The position numbers and the translations under genes are program-made. A stretch of 64,000 bases of DNA from the NCBI GenBank assembly GCA_945862295.1, contig CAMAXT010000003.1:9550-73549 (forward strand). Reading direction: 5' to 3'. Below are positions 37,736 through 47,470 of the stretch, one piece after another; within the stretch, counting starts at the first letter, position 1, and each line of letters starts with the position of its first letter. The notes below the pieces were generated by a model. It saw only the letters and a program-made list of their open reading frames with translations, had not been told where the DNA came from and ran no database searches. Source of the stretch: Pseudobacteriovorax antillogorgiicola (lineage in GTDB: Bacteria; Bdellovibrionota_B; Oligoflexia; Oligoflexales; CAIYRB01).

Positions 37736-39657
37736 ACATTCTCCTTTAAACCATCTGAGGATCGATAAAATGTGGCTCTACCTGAGCCGCATCGTTGAAT
37801 AGCACCTAATTCGACCAGCTTAGAAAGATCTCTAGTTGCTGTTGCGTCGGATACTTTCAGCCTGGCTATGAGATCCTTTGGCTGTATTTTTTCACCGCTG
37901 CCGGTCCATTTCAATACTTCAATTTGCCTGATATTTAAATGGGCCATAATGACACTCAACCGAGAATTCTCATCAGCATCTTTTTGGTCATTCACCAGAT
38001 CGAGATCATTTAACAATACGGGCGTATCTGCTAGATCGACAGGCGAATCAACATCCCCGTCGTGTCCGGTTTGGTCGCCAATTTGGCGGAAAGATACCAG
38101 TCCGTTTTTGACTTTTACACTTTCCTGTAACCGGTAACCTACCTCTGATACTTCAATCCATCTGCTAAACGGACCAAGTAGTTTTCTCGTCCGGGCGATC
38201 AACCCATATATTAGAGCATCATGCCTAAGAGGATTGTAATTTTGGCCCCAAAGCTTAGCCGTTAACTCGTCTTTCGTCAGGTCTCCAGCATTCGCGAGTG
38301 TGCATAGAAGCTTGCGAATAAGATGACTACAGCCTTCTTTTTTATGCTCGACGTGACCGTTTGAAAAAATAGTCAAGGATCCAGGCTCGAGATCAAAAAC
38401 AATGAGCATCTGCTCAGGATCGATACTCAGAGCGTTGCGAAGTAGACCAATCCAACCGGTCGCAAAGATGTCTTCAATCGCACCTGGATTGCGCATTTGA
38501 ATATCATCAATCAAATCGCCAAGTGGGTCTTCGCCACGCCGGAATTCTGAAACTTGATATTCCTGGCGTGCAAGAATACGGCGCGCAACATAGCCACCAG
38601 TCTTGAAAGAGAGGACTCGCAATGTCGAAAAAATACCAGTCCGCTCACGGTGCATGCCGAGCTTTTCTAAAATGATCGCCTGCAAGCCAAGAGATTTAAT
38701 AACAGAAGGGATGTGGGTCCGCTCTTGTGCTCTCTGGGATGCGTTGCGAGCAATCGAAAGCGCTACCGAATAACTACCCCTTTGCATCTGAACGGTCGCG
38801 AGACCAAGGTTATAGATCGTCTCAAGATAAGGATTGTCGACTTGATAAACGAGCGGACTAGCTTTATCTAGCAACTTAGAAGCTTCCTTGAGGTCGCCTT
38901 TCAGAGTCATAATTTTTGCGAGATGTACGTAGAGTGATGCTTTGGTGTAAGAGTCTTCGTAGCGGCATTTAAACAATGCGTCATTTAGTTCGGTAACAAT
39001 TTGATCGGCGTGCGTGAGACCGTAGGTTGCACGGTAGAGGCGTTTTGCTGCATCGAAAGTTTGTGTTAGTGCGCCCTGTCCGAGTTTCTGCGCTTTCGCT
39101 GCAGAAATCTCTAGGCTCTTCAGCCCTGCTCTTATCTGTCCCAATTGCAGTTGGACATGACCGCATAATTCATGAGCAAGTGCAGCACCATAAGCATAGT
39201 TGCCGCCGGTCGCTGCTTTCAATGATTTAACAACCCAGAAGTTCGCTTGATGGAAGTATCCAGTGGTGTACCGGAAAAATGCTAAACCTTGAAAAACATA
39301 GAACTGAATTTTATCGATATCACTTTGCGACGCAGAATTTGAATTTATCCAAACGGACCCTTGCTTTAGATTTCTCAGGAACAGCTGCTGCGCCGTTTTC
39401 GTTCGCCGCTCTCTACAAACAGCTAAGGCATAGAAAAATCTCGCTATGATCAGATCAGGGGCGGCCAGCTTGTTTTCATAGCTCTCATAAAGCCCTTCAG
39501 CTTCCGCGGTCCGACCGAGAAAGGAGAGAGCTCCAACAATCCATGGAATGGACGGCAGATCAGCAACAAACGCTGGCGAATCAATGGTTTCGGCCAGGAT
39601 TTCATTGTATCTTCCAGCTGACTGGAGGGATTCAAGTTTTGAGCTTATAGATTCCAT
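37732..39657 (-). CDS. TPR-containing transcriptional regulator with OmpR-type winged-helix and C-terminal DeoR/Fic-like HTH
   Basis: TPR-like helices; TKDELTAKLWG...IARTRKLL...GYRL; VSDATATRDLSKLVELG...GSGRATFY. Confidence 0.8.
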   Translation of the reverse strand: MESISSKLESLQSAGRYNEILAETIDSPAFVADLPSIPWIVGALSFLGRTAEAEGLYESYENKLAAPDLIIARFFYALAVCRERRTKTAQQLFLRNLKQGSVWINSNSASQSDIDKIQFYVFQGLAFFRYTTGYFHQANFWVVKSLKAATGGNYAYGAALAHELCGHVQLQLGQIRAGLKSLEISAAKAQKLGQGALTQTFDAAKRLYRATYGLTHADQIVTELNDALFKCRYEDSYTKASLYVHLAKIMTLKGDLKEASKLLDKASPLVYQVDNPYLETIYNLGLATVQMQRGSYSVALSIARNASQRAQERTHIPSVIKSLGLQAIILEKLGMHRERTGIFSTLRVLSFKTGGYVARRILARQEYQVSEFRRGEDPLGDLIDDIQMRNPGAIEDIFATGWIGLLRNALSIDPEQMLIVFDLEPGSLTIFSNGHVEHKKEGCSHLIRKLLCTLANAGDLTKDELTAKLWGQNYNPLRHDALIYGLIARTRKLLGPFSRWIEVSEVGYRLQESVKVKNGLVSFRQIGDQTGHDGDVDSPVDLADTPVLLNDLDLVNDQKDADENSRLSVIMAHLNIRQIEVLKWTGSGEKIQPKDLIARLKVSDATATRDLSKLVELGAIQRCGSGRATFYRSSDGLKENV

Positions 39658-39718
39658 ACAATTCCATGTTAAGTCGAGACACTTTTAAAACATTCTAATA
39701 AAAAAGTCAATTTGCCCC

Positions 39719-40750
39719 CTATTTTAAACTCGAGGCCCTCCACATCGTTTTTTCCATTTGAGATCGGTAAGATAGGATCAAAATGCCTCCCCATACCAAA
39801 AGCATATAAGCCAGACTTATAGCTGGTAACCCAGTAAACAAACCCGTCCGTAAGGCTGCCATTTCCATGAACGGCGCACAGGCTACCATCAGATATTTCG
39901 CAGACTTATCGAGTTTGTCGAACTTAGCTTCACAAGCGATCACCGCAAACACCGCCGGAAAGATCGTCAGCCCGCTCATCACCACCCAACCTTCAAACCC
40001 AACTAACCAACCAATCAAAAGTGAATACAGAGCTGCGAGTGCAATCTCGTGTGCAATTTTCCAAAACCGCACAGACAAGATTGCAAACACGACGATGCCT
40101 AGCGCTTCGCTTTCAATAAAAAATATTTCTGAGAAGCCACGAAAGTAAGCGGTCGTTAACGCTGCAAAACTTACTGACTCGACAACCTCACCCGCTGGCA
40201 AACGAAACCAGTGAATAACACTTCCAGCCGAGACATACCAAAGTACCCACACAGTAAAGATGTAAGGCAAAACCAGAATCGGCAGATTCCAAGGTAGAAG
40301 AAGTCTTTTCGAAATCAACGCGAACATACTAACCAAAGCTGGAGCGATCAGACACATTGCAAAGAGTGACGTTAAACTCGCAGAAAAAGCTGCCAAAGCG
40401 AGCCCTAGAAAGATACCGTTAACTGCTAAGGATGAGTCAACAATGCCGGCACGATCGGTTTTTAAAAGGCGGCCGTACTGAATAGCTAAGAAGGCGCAGA
40501 TAAAACTTGCAGCAGCATGCTTAGGCGAGAATGCAAAGAGCGCGATGCCAAGGGTAATAGCAAATATTTTGCTGTTATTAAAAAATGTGTTGCTCAGGCC
40601 ATCCAAGAAAGGACACGCAACGACTTCAAAAGCTTGCTTTGCAATTCTTGAAACAGGCGATGCCACCTTTGTATTTGGCAGTACAGCACTAATATCATTT
40701 ATTCTTAAAGACTGACCCATTGAAAGCCTCCTAGGGTTTGATGCTGCCAC
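39719..40750 (-). CDS. Urea transporter (UT/Yut) family membrane protein
   Basis: Internal duplication GLSNTFF / GFSEIFF, NGIFLGLA, LPILVLPYIFTVW; about 10 TM helices. Confidence 0.7.
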   Translation of the reverse strand: MAASNPRRLSMGQSLRINDISAVLPNTKVASPVSRIAKQAFEVVACPFLDGLSNTFFNNSKIFAITLGIALFAFSPKHAAASFICAFLAIQYGRLLKTDRAGIVDSSLAVNGIFLGLALAAFSASLTSLFAMCLIAPALVSMFALISKRLLLPWNLPILVLPYIFTVWVLWYVSAGSVIHWFRLPAGEVVESVSFAALTTAYFRGFSEIFFIESEALGIVVFAILSVRFWKIAHEIALAALYSLLIGWLVGFEGWVVMSGLTIFPAVFAVIACEAKFDKLDKSAKYLMVACAPFMEMAALRTGLFTGLPAISLAYMLLVWGGILILSYRSQMEKTMWRASSLK

Positions 40751-41316
40751 TGCAAAACTTCTGATGACTCTACGCGTACTGCAAAATGCCCGTTGTGACC
40801 TTTTGTGATATCTGCGTCAAGCCAGACACCGTCAGTTGGATCGTAAAGTTCGCAGCGACTGTCAGACGTTTTTACAGCACAGATCTCGTGATAGACGAAA
40901 TTCTTAGAAACCCAAGGAAGGGAGTTTGCCGCGCCGTCCCAGCGTTTTTGCCAATGACTCGTGGCGGACTGTTGCTGAAGACGTAGCACCTGCGCATCAA
41001 AGCACTCGATACCTTTCGCAGCAAAGATTAGATTTGCAAAGGCTCGAAATAGACCGCAATCGATAACCGGCAAACTAACTGCTTCACACCAGTATACAGG
41101 CCATGCGGATGGTCCCCATTCATAAAAAGTTTTTAGCCATCCAGGTCCCGCGAGGCGCGCCCCATCGGTGACGCTGAAATCAAAGGACCTCGCCATAGCA
41201 ACCAGCCAGTTCCGTGCGTTCTTGCAACAATCCTTTCCCGCGTGCGACTGCACGTCAGGACAATTGTTTCTTATGATCAAGTTATTTTGTTCAATAACCG
41301 CCGCGGCCAAATTCAT
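40705..41316 (-). CDS. Hypothetical protein with a transglutaminase-like Cys-His-Asp triad
   Basis: IDCGLFRAFA...YHEICAV...LYDPTDG pattern; overlaps both neighbouring genes. Confidence 0.55.
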   Translation of the reverse strand: MNLAAAVIEQNNLIIRNNCPDVQSHAGKDCCKNARNWLVAMARSFDFSVTDGARLAGPGWLKTFYEWGPSAWPVYWCEAVSLPVIDCGLFRAFANLIFAAKGIECFDAQVLRLQQQSATSHWQKRWDGAANSLPWVSKNFVYHEICAVKTSDSRCELYDPTDGVWLDADITKGHNGHFAVRVESSEVLQWQHQTLGGFQWVSL

Positions 41317-43537
41317 AACTCATGCTCCTTTCGTAAGCGCCTGCATCACCAATAATAATTCTGTCACCGATGGCAATGTCATCTGGCAAATCAAGACCGT
41401 TTGAGACGATGTCGTCTTCCATACAGATCCGGCCAAGAACTTTGGTTCTGCCATTGCCGATTTTTACCAGGGTTTGCCCTGGTTTCTGCAAAAAGAATCG
41501 GTGCGGATAAACACCAATCAGAGGAAGCTCAGCGATACAAGTGTCAACAACAATCTCAACCGGGAGATCGCCAGTACGACGAACGTCAACAATTGTCGTT
41601 ACCAGTGCCATCGCATCTTGCGTCATCGCTCGGCCAGGCTCAATGATGACACGCTCGACGTGTTCTAAACTTTGCCGCATGAATGCTACGATCTCAGTCC
41701 AAGGAATTGTGAAAAGATCTCTCGGGTGGTAGCCGCCACCCATATCGATAACTGATACCTTCTTGCTCGTGGCCGCTTCGATGTTAAGCGCCCAAACAAG
41801 CATCGACTCAACAGCATCCTGCCAATGACTATTGCCGATAAGGTTGCTGGCTAGGTGCAGATGCACGCCGAATTTAATATGGCTAGGGATCTCTGAAATC
41901 ACTTGGCACAGTTCGTTGAATTTAGCCGGCGTGTCAATTTCAATGCCAAATCTAGATTTAAAACCGGGAATCTTTAAACGAACACCCCAGACTTGGTCGC
42001 TTCTATTTGATTGAATTAAGCGCTTAAGTTCTTCAACAGAGTCGGCGAAGACAGCGTAGAGACCGTCAAAAGACTCCATACTCATCGGCCACCACTTCGC
42101 AGGACCGTTTAAAATAATTTCAGATTTATTCCAACCAGTCTCTACCGCTCGTTTGACCTCGAGCATACTGATGCATTCACCAAGCATACCGGCGTTGCGA
42201 GCAGATTTACAAAACACTTCGTCAGGATTTGTTTTAATACTGTAACCGGCCACAAAACCGATCGACTTATTTTCTATAAGAAACTCTTTGATCGCCGAAA
42301 AATTCTTTTGCAGCATGCCCGGTAAGACCAATCGCTCAGGCGTTGGTCGCGCTTCAGAGATTTCGTCTCTAAGGTATGGCTCGACATCAGAGATCAGAAT
42401 CAAATCATCAGCCTCAGATACAGCTGCAGCGAACTTATGTTCAACCTCACGAGAATCCTTGTCGATAATATCAACCAAACTCGCCATTCCAGCGCCGTAT
42501 TTTCCTGACATTGAAATTTGCCCATGCAGCGGCTCAGAAACCAAAGGTAGAGGCGTGTGCTCAAGCACCGGAATCTCTGTCACCACGCGGGTGAACTGAT
42601 TGCTGCGCGGCGATGACGTCACCTCTGGCTTGAGACCGGTGAACGCTTCGAAAAGCATTGCTGGTAGATTTATTCCTGCGATCGCCGTACCAAAGATCCA
42701 TGCTGGAAACCTTGGGTTCATTTCCATAAACCAAAGCTTGCCGTCACTGTCTTTTAGCAACTCAATTTCAGCGCCGCCGCTCCAATTAATGTTCTTAACG
42801 GCGACTGCTAGGTGTTCTCGTAAGTATGTTTCCAGAGGCTCGATCTTTCCTGACCAGGTCTTGCCATCAGGAGTCGTGACACGCTTGCGCATATATACGG
42901 CGTCTAGGAGTTGTCCTTCCTTTGCAGAAAAGCAGATGCTTTCCTCGACACCTTTTTTATGGGCTTGGAGAAAGAGCTTATCTGAAGACCATTTCATACT
43001 GAGGTGGCTTCTTTGCGCGGAAAAAGTCTGCCAATTTCCTATGAAACTGGCATCGTGGTATGGACCTTTAAGCCAAAGACGCCACGCACTGCGACGACAG
43101 AAATCATGGATCTCGGTCTCATGACAATTGATCGTAAGAGTTTCCGGAACACCGAAAGGCAAAAACTCAGTGACTGATGCATAGGGTTTGCTCGCTGCCC
43201 TTAATGCGGACGTTGCTGGTGACAGCAGTCGCGGGTGATAGCCGATATTTTTCGCTAGCCATATAGTCTCAAGATCTAACGTTGGAATGTAGTACCCGCC
43301 TTCATCCAGAACTGTCTGAATAAAAGTTTTGTGCGTATCTAAGTCCATCAAATCCCAACTAGGATGAACAATAGTTTCATCAAATACATCGTGGTGCAGA
43401 CCAGAACTTCCCGCCCAATAATCCATTCCTATGATTTTAATATTGGGATAGGATTCGCGAATTGCGCGGGCGACACCTATGCCCGCCGAAGGGCTTGGAC
43501 CTGAGTAGAGACCTGAAATTAAAAGTTTGTTCGTCAT
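41291..43537 (-). CDS. Fusion of an ATP-grasp amide ligase and a fold-type III PLP-dependent decarboxylase
   Basis: N-half WLKGPY, EIELL, FMEMNPRFPAW; C-half YSIKTNP (PLP Lys), NGPAK, SRFG, HLH, DMGGG, EPGRA, GRICMEDD, GAY. Confidence 0.88.
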   Translation of the reverse strand: MTNKLLISGLYSGPSPSAGIGVARAIRESYPNIKIIGMDYWAGSSGLHHDVFDETIVHPSWDLMDLDTHKTFIQTVLDEGGYYIPTLDLETIWLAKNIGYHPRLLSPATSALRAASKPYASVTEFLPFGVPETLTINCHETEIHDFCRRSAWRLWLKGPYHDASFIGNWQTFSAQRSHLSMKWSSDKLFLQAHKKGVEESICFSAKEGQLLDAVYMRKRVTTPDGKTWSGKIEPLETYLREHLAVAVKNINWSGGAEIELLKDSDGKLWFMEMNPRFPAWIFGTAIAGINLPAMLFEAFTGLKPEVTSSPRSNQFTRVVTEIPVLEHTPLPLVSEPLHGQISMSGKYGAGMASLVDIIDKDSREVEHKFAAAVSEADDLILISDVEPYLRDEISEARPTPERLVLPGMLQKNFSAIKEFLIENKSIGFVAGYSIKTNPDEVFCKSARNAGMLGECISMLEVKRAVETGWNKSEIILNGPAKWWPMSMESFDGLYAVFADSVEELKRLIQSNRSDQVWGVRLKIPGFKSRFGIEIDTPAKFNELCQVISEIPSHIKFGVHLHLASNLIGNSHWQDAVESMLVWALNIEAATSKKVSVIDMGGGYHPRDLFTIPWTEIVAFMRQSLEHVERVIIEPGRAMTQDAMALVTTIVDVRRTGDLPVEIVVDTCIAELPLIGVYPHRFFLQKPGQTLVKIGNGRTKVLGRICMEDDIVSNGLDLPDDIAIGDRIIIGDAGAYERSMSYEFGRGGY

Positions 43538-43656
43538 GTAGTTTTTGCTCACAGAATTAAAGGCTACCAATGTCCTCACGACCGAGTTTAGGGACATGCG
43601 GGAAGGGTTGGTACTACCTTGAGCTGCGAAGAATGAGGCGATCTGAAGAGATATAA

Positions 43657-44103
43657 ATGATTAGAATCAAAGAAAAAAAGCGACCAACGGCCTTTCGGCG
43701 GGCGGTAGTGCAACGCCACCCAATGGGTTGCGCAGTGGCATGTGTGGCCTTTTCACTAGGCCTTTCTTACGACAAAGCTCTTAATTTTTTTCGCATAAAA
43801 AAAAATGCCTGGCTCAACGGTTTCATGTGCCCTGAGATCACCGCCATATTAAACGCCTCAAGCCAAATCGACTACAAATGGCGTCAAGTGAAAGGACCTC
43901 AAAGTAGTAAGTCATTGGCTCCAATGACCATCGTCTTCTGTAAACCTTCAAGGCACTATCCGCACGGACACTTCCTAGTTAAACGAAAAGAAGGTGAATT
44001 CATGAATCCCTGGATTAATTTTCCAGAGATCGCACCCGCCAAAGCCGGATTTCAGTCTAAGTTGCCATCTAAAATTAGCTACGTAATCGAGCCATCTACC
44101 TAA
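43657..44103 (+). CDS. Stand-alone C39-like cysteine peptidase
   Basis: QRHPMGCAVACVA (Q-x5-C), GHFLV His, MNPW. Confidence 0.65.
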   Translation: MIRIKEKKRPTAFRRAVVQRHPMGCAVACVAFSLGLSYDKALNFFRIKKNAWLNGFMCPEITAILNASSQIDYKWRQVKGPQSSKSLAPMTIVFCKPSRHYPHGHFLVKRKEGEFMNPWINFPEIAPAKAGFQSKLPSKISYVIEPST

Positions 44104-44258
44104 TATGTCGATGAAAACCTAATTGGACTCGAAGCTCCGTTGACTTAAGAGATCGGTTTCCACAATACTGTGGCGCAAGGTGCTAGATATGCCGGCCGTC
44201 AGGGTCGGCAAGGTCGGTCGCCACGATTTTTTTGCATCCCCTTACATGAGGCAAAATA

Positions 44259-44960
44259 GTGAAAAAAAGCACAAAAACAGAACGCTTTCTTCTCGCAGGA
44301 GCGACGCTTCTACTTTTACCAATGTTGTCCTACACCGTGTATCTCACGCACATTTCAATGATCGAAGGAGAGATCTACAAAAACGCACCATTGATCAACC
44401 CCCAAGACGGCACCACAGTTACTCCAGAATACGGGGTTTTCTATCAGGCGCGTGGTAAAATTTCTGGACCCCTTCTTAACCCCCCTGAGCATCCAGAAAT
44501 CAAAGATGGGCTACAAACCATCATCACTCGTGAAGCTTTAAATGCGGAAACGCAAACCTGGAAGCAGGTTGATAAAAAACCGTCTTGGATTAGAGCAAAT
44601 GATTTCTCGATCGGTGATCAGCCAATCAAGGTCGCTGTCGCGTCAAGACTGATGATGGAGACGAAAACAGAAACTGTCCAGCGCACTGATACGGAACGGT
44701 TCATCATCGAACAACAGATCGCGCAACCTGTCGACTACGTGGTCTTCGGTATGTTTGTTACCGGCTTTCTTCAAGACGGTCACCACGAAAGACTGGTCAT
44801 AGCACCCCTATCAGAGATTGATAACGTCCTTGCCTACATTGCCGATTCCGGCAGGAAAAAAGCTACAGTCATGGCGATTTTATCAAGCATTATTATCATC
44901 CTAATCGGACTAACAATTAAGGGTGCTTTGTCTAGTCCACAACGAGTCGTCGCTAGGTAA
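44259..44960 (+). CDS. Hypothetical membrane protein (two TM helices flanking a periplasmic domain)
   Basis: N- and C-terminal hydrophobic helices; GAGG RBS before the GTG start. Confidence 0.7.
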   Translation: MKKSTKTERFLLAGATLLLLPMLSYTVYLTHISMIEGEIYKNAPLINPQDGTTVTPEYGVFYQARGKISGPLLNPPEHPEIKDGLQTIITREALNAETQTWKQVDKKPSWIRANDFSIGDQPIKVAVASRLMMETKTETVQRTDTERFIIEQQIAQPVDYVVFGMFVTGFLQDGHHERLVIAPLSEIDNVLAYIADSGRKKATVMAILSSIIIILIGLTIKGALSSPQRVVAR

Positions 44961-45080
44961 AATTTTCACAACTATCTGCGACTTTCGCCCCAAAAATCAT
45001 CACTGGCCAGGGCATAATTGCATCGTCTATTGATGTGGATGTATCATTATAGACAGCTAACCACTAAGGAAGGACTTTGT

Positions 45081-45473
45081 ATGGCGTTTAAGCTTTCACG
45101 CGCTTCTAGTTTTATTGGTGCTCTTGTCGTAACCAGTGCCGTTGCGCTCGGTGCGATGTCTTGCGGAGAAGACAGCAAAAAAGAAGAGGCTGCTGCGCCT
45201 ATTACTACTACTACTACTATTAAGTATGCTGACGTCTCAACATTCGTAAACGCAAACTGTGCAAACTCTGGATGCCATAATGCAACAACCAAAGCTGGTT
45301 CTTACGATATGTCTACAATAGTTGGCATTGCTGCAAAGGCAAGTAAATCAGTAACTCGAATCGAAGAAAAGACGATGCCGCAGGTTGGTTCAGCGCAGAA
45401 AACCGCGTTCGATGCCGATAAAACCAACTCTGCAAAAGTCCTCGAATGGCTGAAGGCAGGCGCACCTGAGTAA
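45081..45473 (+). CDS. Lipoprotein cytochrome c-like protein with a CX4CH motif
   Basis: AAGGA RBS, lipobox AMSC, CANSGCH, distal MP, C-terminal WLKAGAPE. Confidence 0.75.
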   Translation: MAFKLSRASSFIGALVVTSAVALGAMSCGEDSKKEEAAAPITTTTTIKYADVSTFVNANCANSGCHNATTKAGSYDMSTIVGIAAKASKSVTRIEEKTMPQVGSAQKTAFDADKTNSAKVLEWLKAGAPE

Positions 45474-45495
45474 GTTGTTCCTCAAAAATTAGCCC

Positions 45496-45525
45496 AAGCC
45501 TCAAGATCTCGCTTGAGGCTTTTTT
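45496..45525 (+). terminator. Rho-independent terminator
   Basis: aagcctcaag/cttgaggctt stem followed by a T-run. Confidence 0.85.
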
Positions 45526-45607
45526 ACTACCAACCCACCATAATAACTTCACTTTATATCCATTTAGAGATTTCGACAAAGCTCCGATAAGTAGATATGG
45601 AACCCGG

Positions 45608-46585
45608 ATGCAACGAGCCATATTGAAGAGCGCACACATTACAACTGACAAAACACTACTCCAGGCAAAACGCATTCTGACAATGTCTGTAGGCGTTTGT
45701 CTTTTGTTTTTTACAAGCTGCGGTAAGGCTGAAAAAAAATCAGAGGATCAACCAATCGACACCGCCAAGGTCGAGGAAGAAACCGATAAGAACGTTGCTC
45801 CGATTGATTCAAACGATCCAAAAAACACCACAGAAAAAACCGACAACATATCTAGCATCACACCAGTTGTTCTTTTTCTAGGTGGCTACACCAGCTGCCC
45901 GCGAAATGCTGAAGGTAATGAAGACCCAAGAACTATGGATCTCATTTCTATGTTTGATGGAGCAAAGGCCGGTGTCGCAGATATCAGCGGCCTCAATGAA
46001 ACTAGATACCTACTTTCATGTTACGGCTTCGATCCTGAGTCGATCAGTTATGTGCTGTCCAGTGAACCGGACAAAGTTCGCTTTAAAAAAGTGGCTGACA
46101 TGGAAGCTGATTTCGCAATGTTAATTAAAGACCTCCCGAATCCCGTCATATTTGTAACCGGTCACTCTTACGGTGCTTACACCGCCTTAAAACTAATCTC
46201 AGGTGCGGCCAAGGAAACAACGTTCGCTGGACTTGTGACCTTAGACGCTATTAGCAAAGTCGGTTGCACACCGGCGAATGCTCTCCCTGCCATTCTCGGC
46301 GGGACACCTGTACCCAAAGAATGTTTGGAGGCTCCTGCAGATATCAACACTGAAGAACAAAAGTTGATCCTCTCGAAATCACCGACTTGGCTGAACTACT
46401 ACCAGACTGACTCAATAATTTTACATTCGAGTGAATTTGCTTCCGCTCAAAATTTCAAAATGCATTATGAAGGCACCGGAATCAATCCACACATGGAGGT
46501 ACTCTATGATGAGGCAGTAGAGAACTCAGTTGTCGATTTGATCGTCTCCAAAACGAAAGCTGCTGCCGAACAAACGGCTGATTAA
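45608..46585 (+). CDS. Lipoprotein alpha/beta hydrolase
   Basis: Lipobox FTSC; GHSYGA nucleophile elbow, TLDAI, C-terminal His (NPHME). Confidence 0.8.
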   Translation: MQRAILKSAHITTDKTLLQAKRILTMSVGVCLLFFTSCGKAEKKSEDQPIDTAKVEEETDKNVAPIDSNDPKNTTEKTDNISSITPVVLFLGGYTSCPRNAEGNEDPRTMDLISMFDGAKAGVADISGLNETRYLLSCYGFDPESISYVLSSEPDKVRFKKVADMEADFAMLIKDLPNPVIFVTGHSYGAYTALKLISGAAKETTFAGLVTLDAISKVGCTPANALPAILGGTPVPKECLEAPADINTEEQKLILSKSPTWLNYYQTDSIILHSSEFASAQNFKMHYEGTGINPHMEVLYDEAVENSVVDLIVSKTKAAAEQTAD

Positions 46586-46717
46586 ACGTAGTCGAACTGA
46601 GCTAACCTCCGGTTATAAAATATCTAAATATCTAACACCGACCAGTTTATCGACAGCGTCAGGTGCCTCACCCGTGATGGTAAGATCCTGAAATATATAG
46701 ATAAATTTATCACCAGG

Positions 46718-46744
46718 TCATGGCATACACCTTGAATCCGATAA
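46718..46744 (+). promoter_or_regulatory. Putative sigma28-like promoter overlapping a sigma54-like TGGCAT-N5-TTGAA
   Basis: TCATG-N14-TCCGATAA, about 35 nt upstream of the TTG start at 46778. Confidence 0.4.
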
Positions 46745-46777
46745 GAAACGAGCGTCAATAAAGGAAATGAGGACACT

Positions 46778-47470
46778 TTGAAAACAGGCCTAATTCTTAA
46801 AAGTCTAATCGTAGTAATGGCAGTAGCTTTTGTCGGTTGCGCCAGTAGCTCTTCCCAAAAAGGTCAGGCTCCTGCGAAAGAAAGCGACACTCCCGACGAT
46901 CTAAAAAAAGATGACACAAAGATTGATCCAAATAAAAAAGGCACAACAACTGTTGATGGCAACGTTTGTGACGGCGAAGGCCTTGGCTTTACCCAAGGCA
47001 AAACAACTTTCGATGGGACAAATCGCAGTGGAAAAACCTTTCTGTATACAGGTCGCGACAAAAATGAAAAGTCCTTATGCGAAGTTCTAAAGAGTACAGG
47101 CAAAAAAGCAGCTATCTTTCAATTTGCAGGTTGGTCCTGCATCTCATGTATGGACGAAGCGAAAGACCTTCAGAAGTTTGTTAAATCAAGCAAGGGCAAA
47201 GACATTGCGCACATCTTAGTTTTTACTGATTTATTTGTAGATTCTAAAAACGAAGATTTCCAAGATTTTGTTACTAAGTACGCTCCGGATGCGACCGTTG
47301 TCTATGACGAAGCAAAATTGTGGAAAAAATACTCAAAAGATTCGGCGCTTCCTTCCAGAGCGACTATTATGACGATGAATCTCAATGCTGACGGCCATGT
47401 TCAAAACGAAGAAGACCAATATGCTAAAATCAAAGATGCAGCAATCGAACTAGCTGAGAAGATAAAATAA
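46778..47470 (+). CDS. Thioredoxin-fold lipoprotein
   Basis: Lipobox FVGC; FAGWSCISC CxxC motif. Confidence 0.75.
   Translation: MKTGLILKSLIVVMAVAFVGCASSSSQKGQAPAKESDTPDDLKKDDTKIDPNKKGTTTVDGNVCDGEGLGFTQGKTTFDGTNRSGKTFLYTGRDKNEKSLCEVLKSTGKKAAIFQFAGWSCISCMDEAKDLQKFVKSSKGKDIAHILVFTDLFVDSKNEDFQDFVTKYAPDATVVYDEAKLWKKYSKDSALPSRATIMTMNLNADGHVQNEEDQYAKIKDAAIELAEKIK

Noticed and set aside
41291-44103. RiPP (graspetide) cluster interpretation of ATP-grasp plus C39 peptidase
   Set aside because: No precursor peptide or RRE/PqqD ORF found nearby, and the ligase is fused to a decarboxylase; cannot be fully excluded
45204-45218. (ACT)5 microsatellite as a phase-variation switch
   Set aside because: In-frame trinucleotide encoding a poly-Thr linker; slippage would not shift the frame
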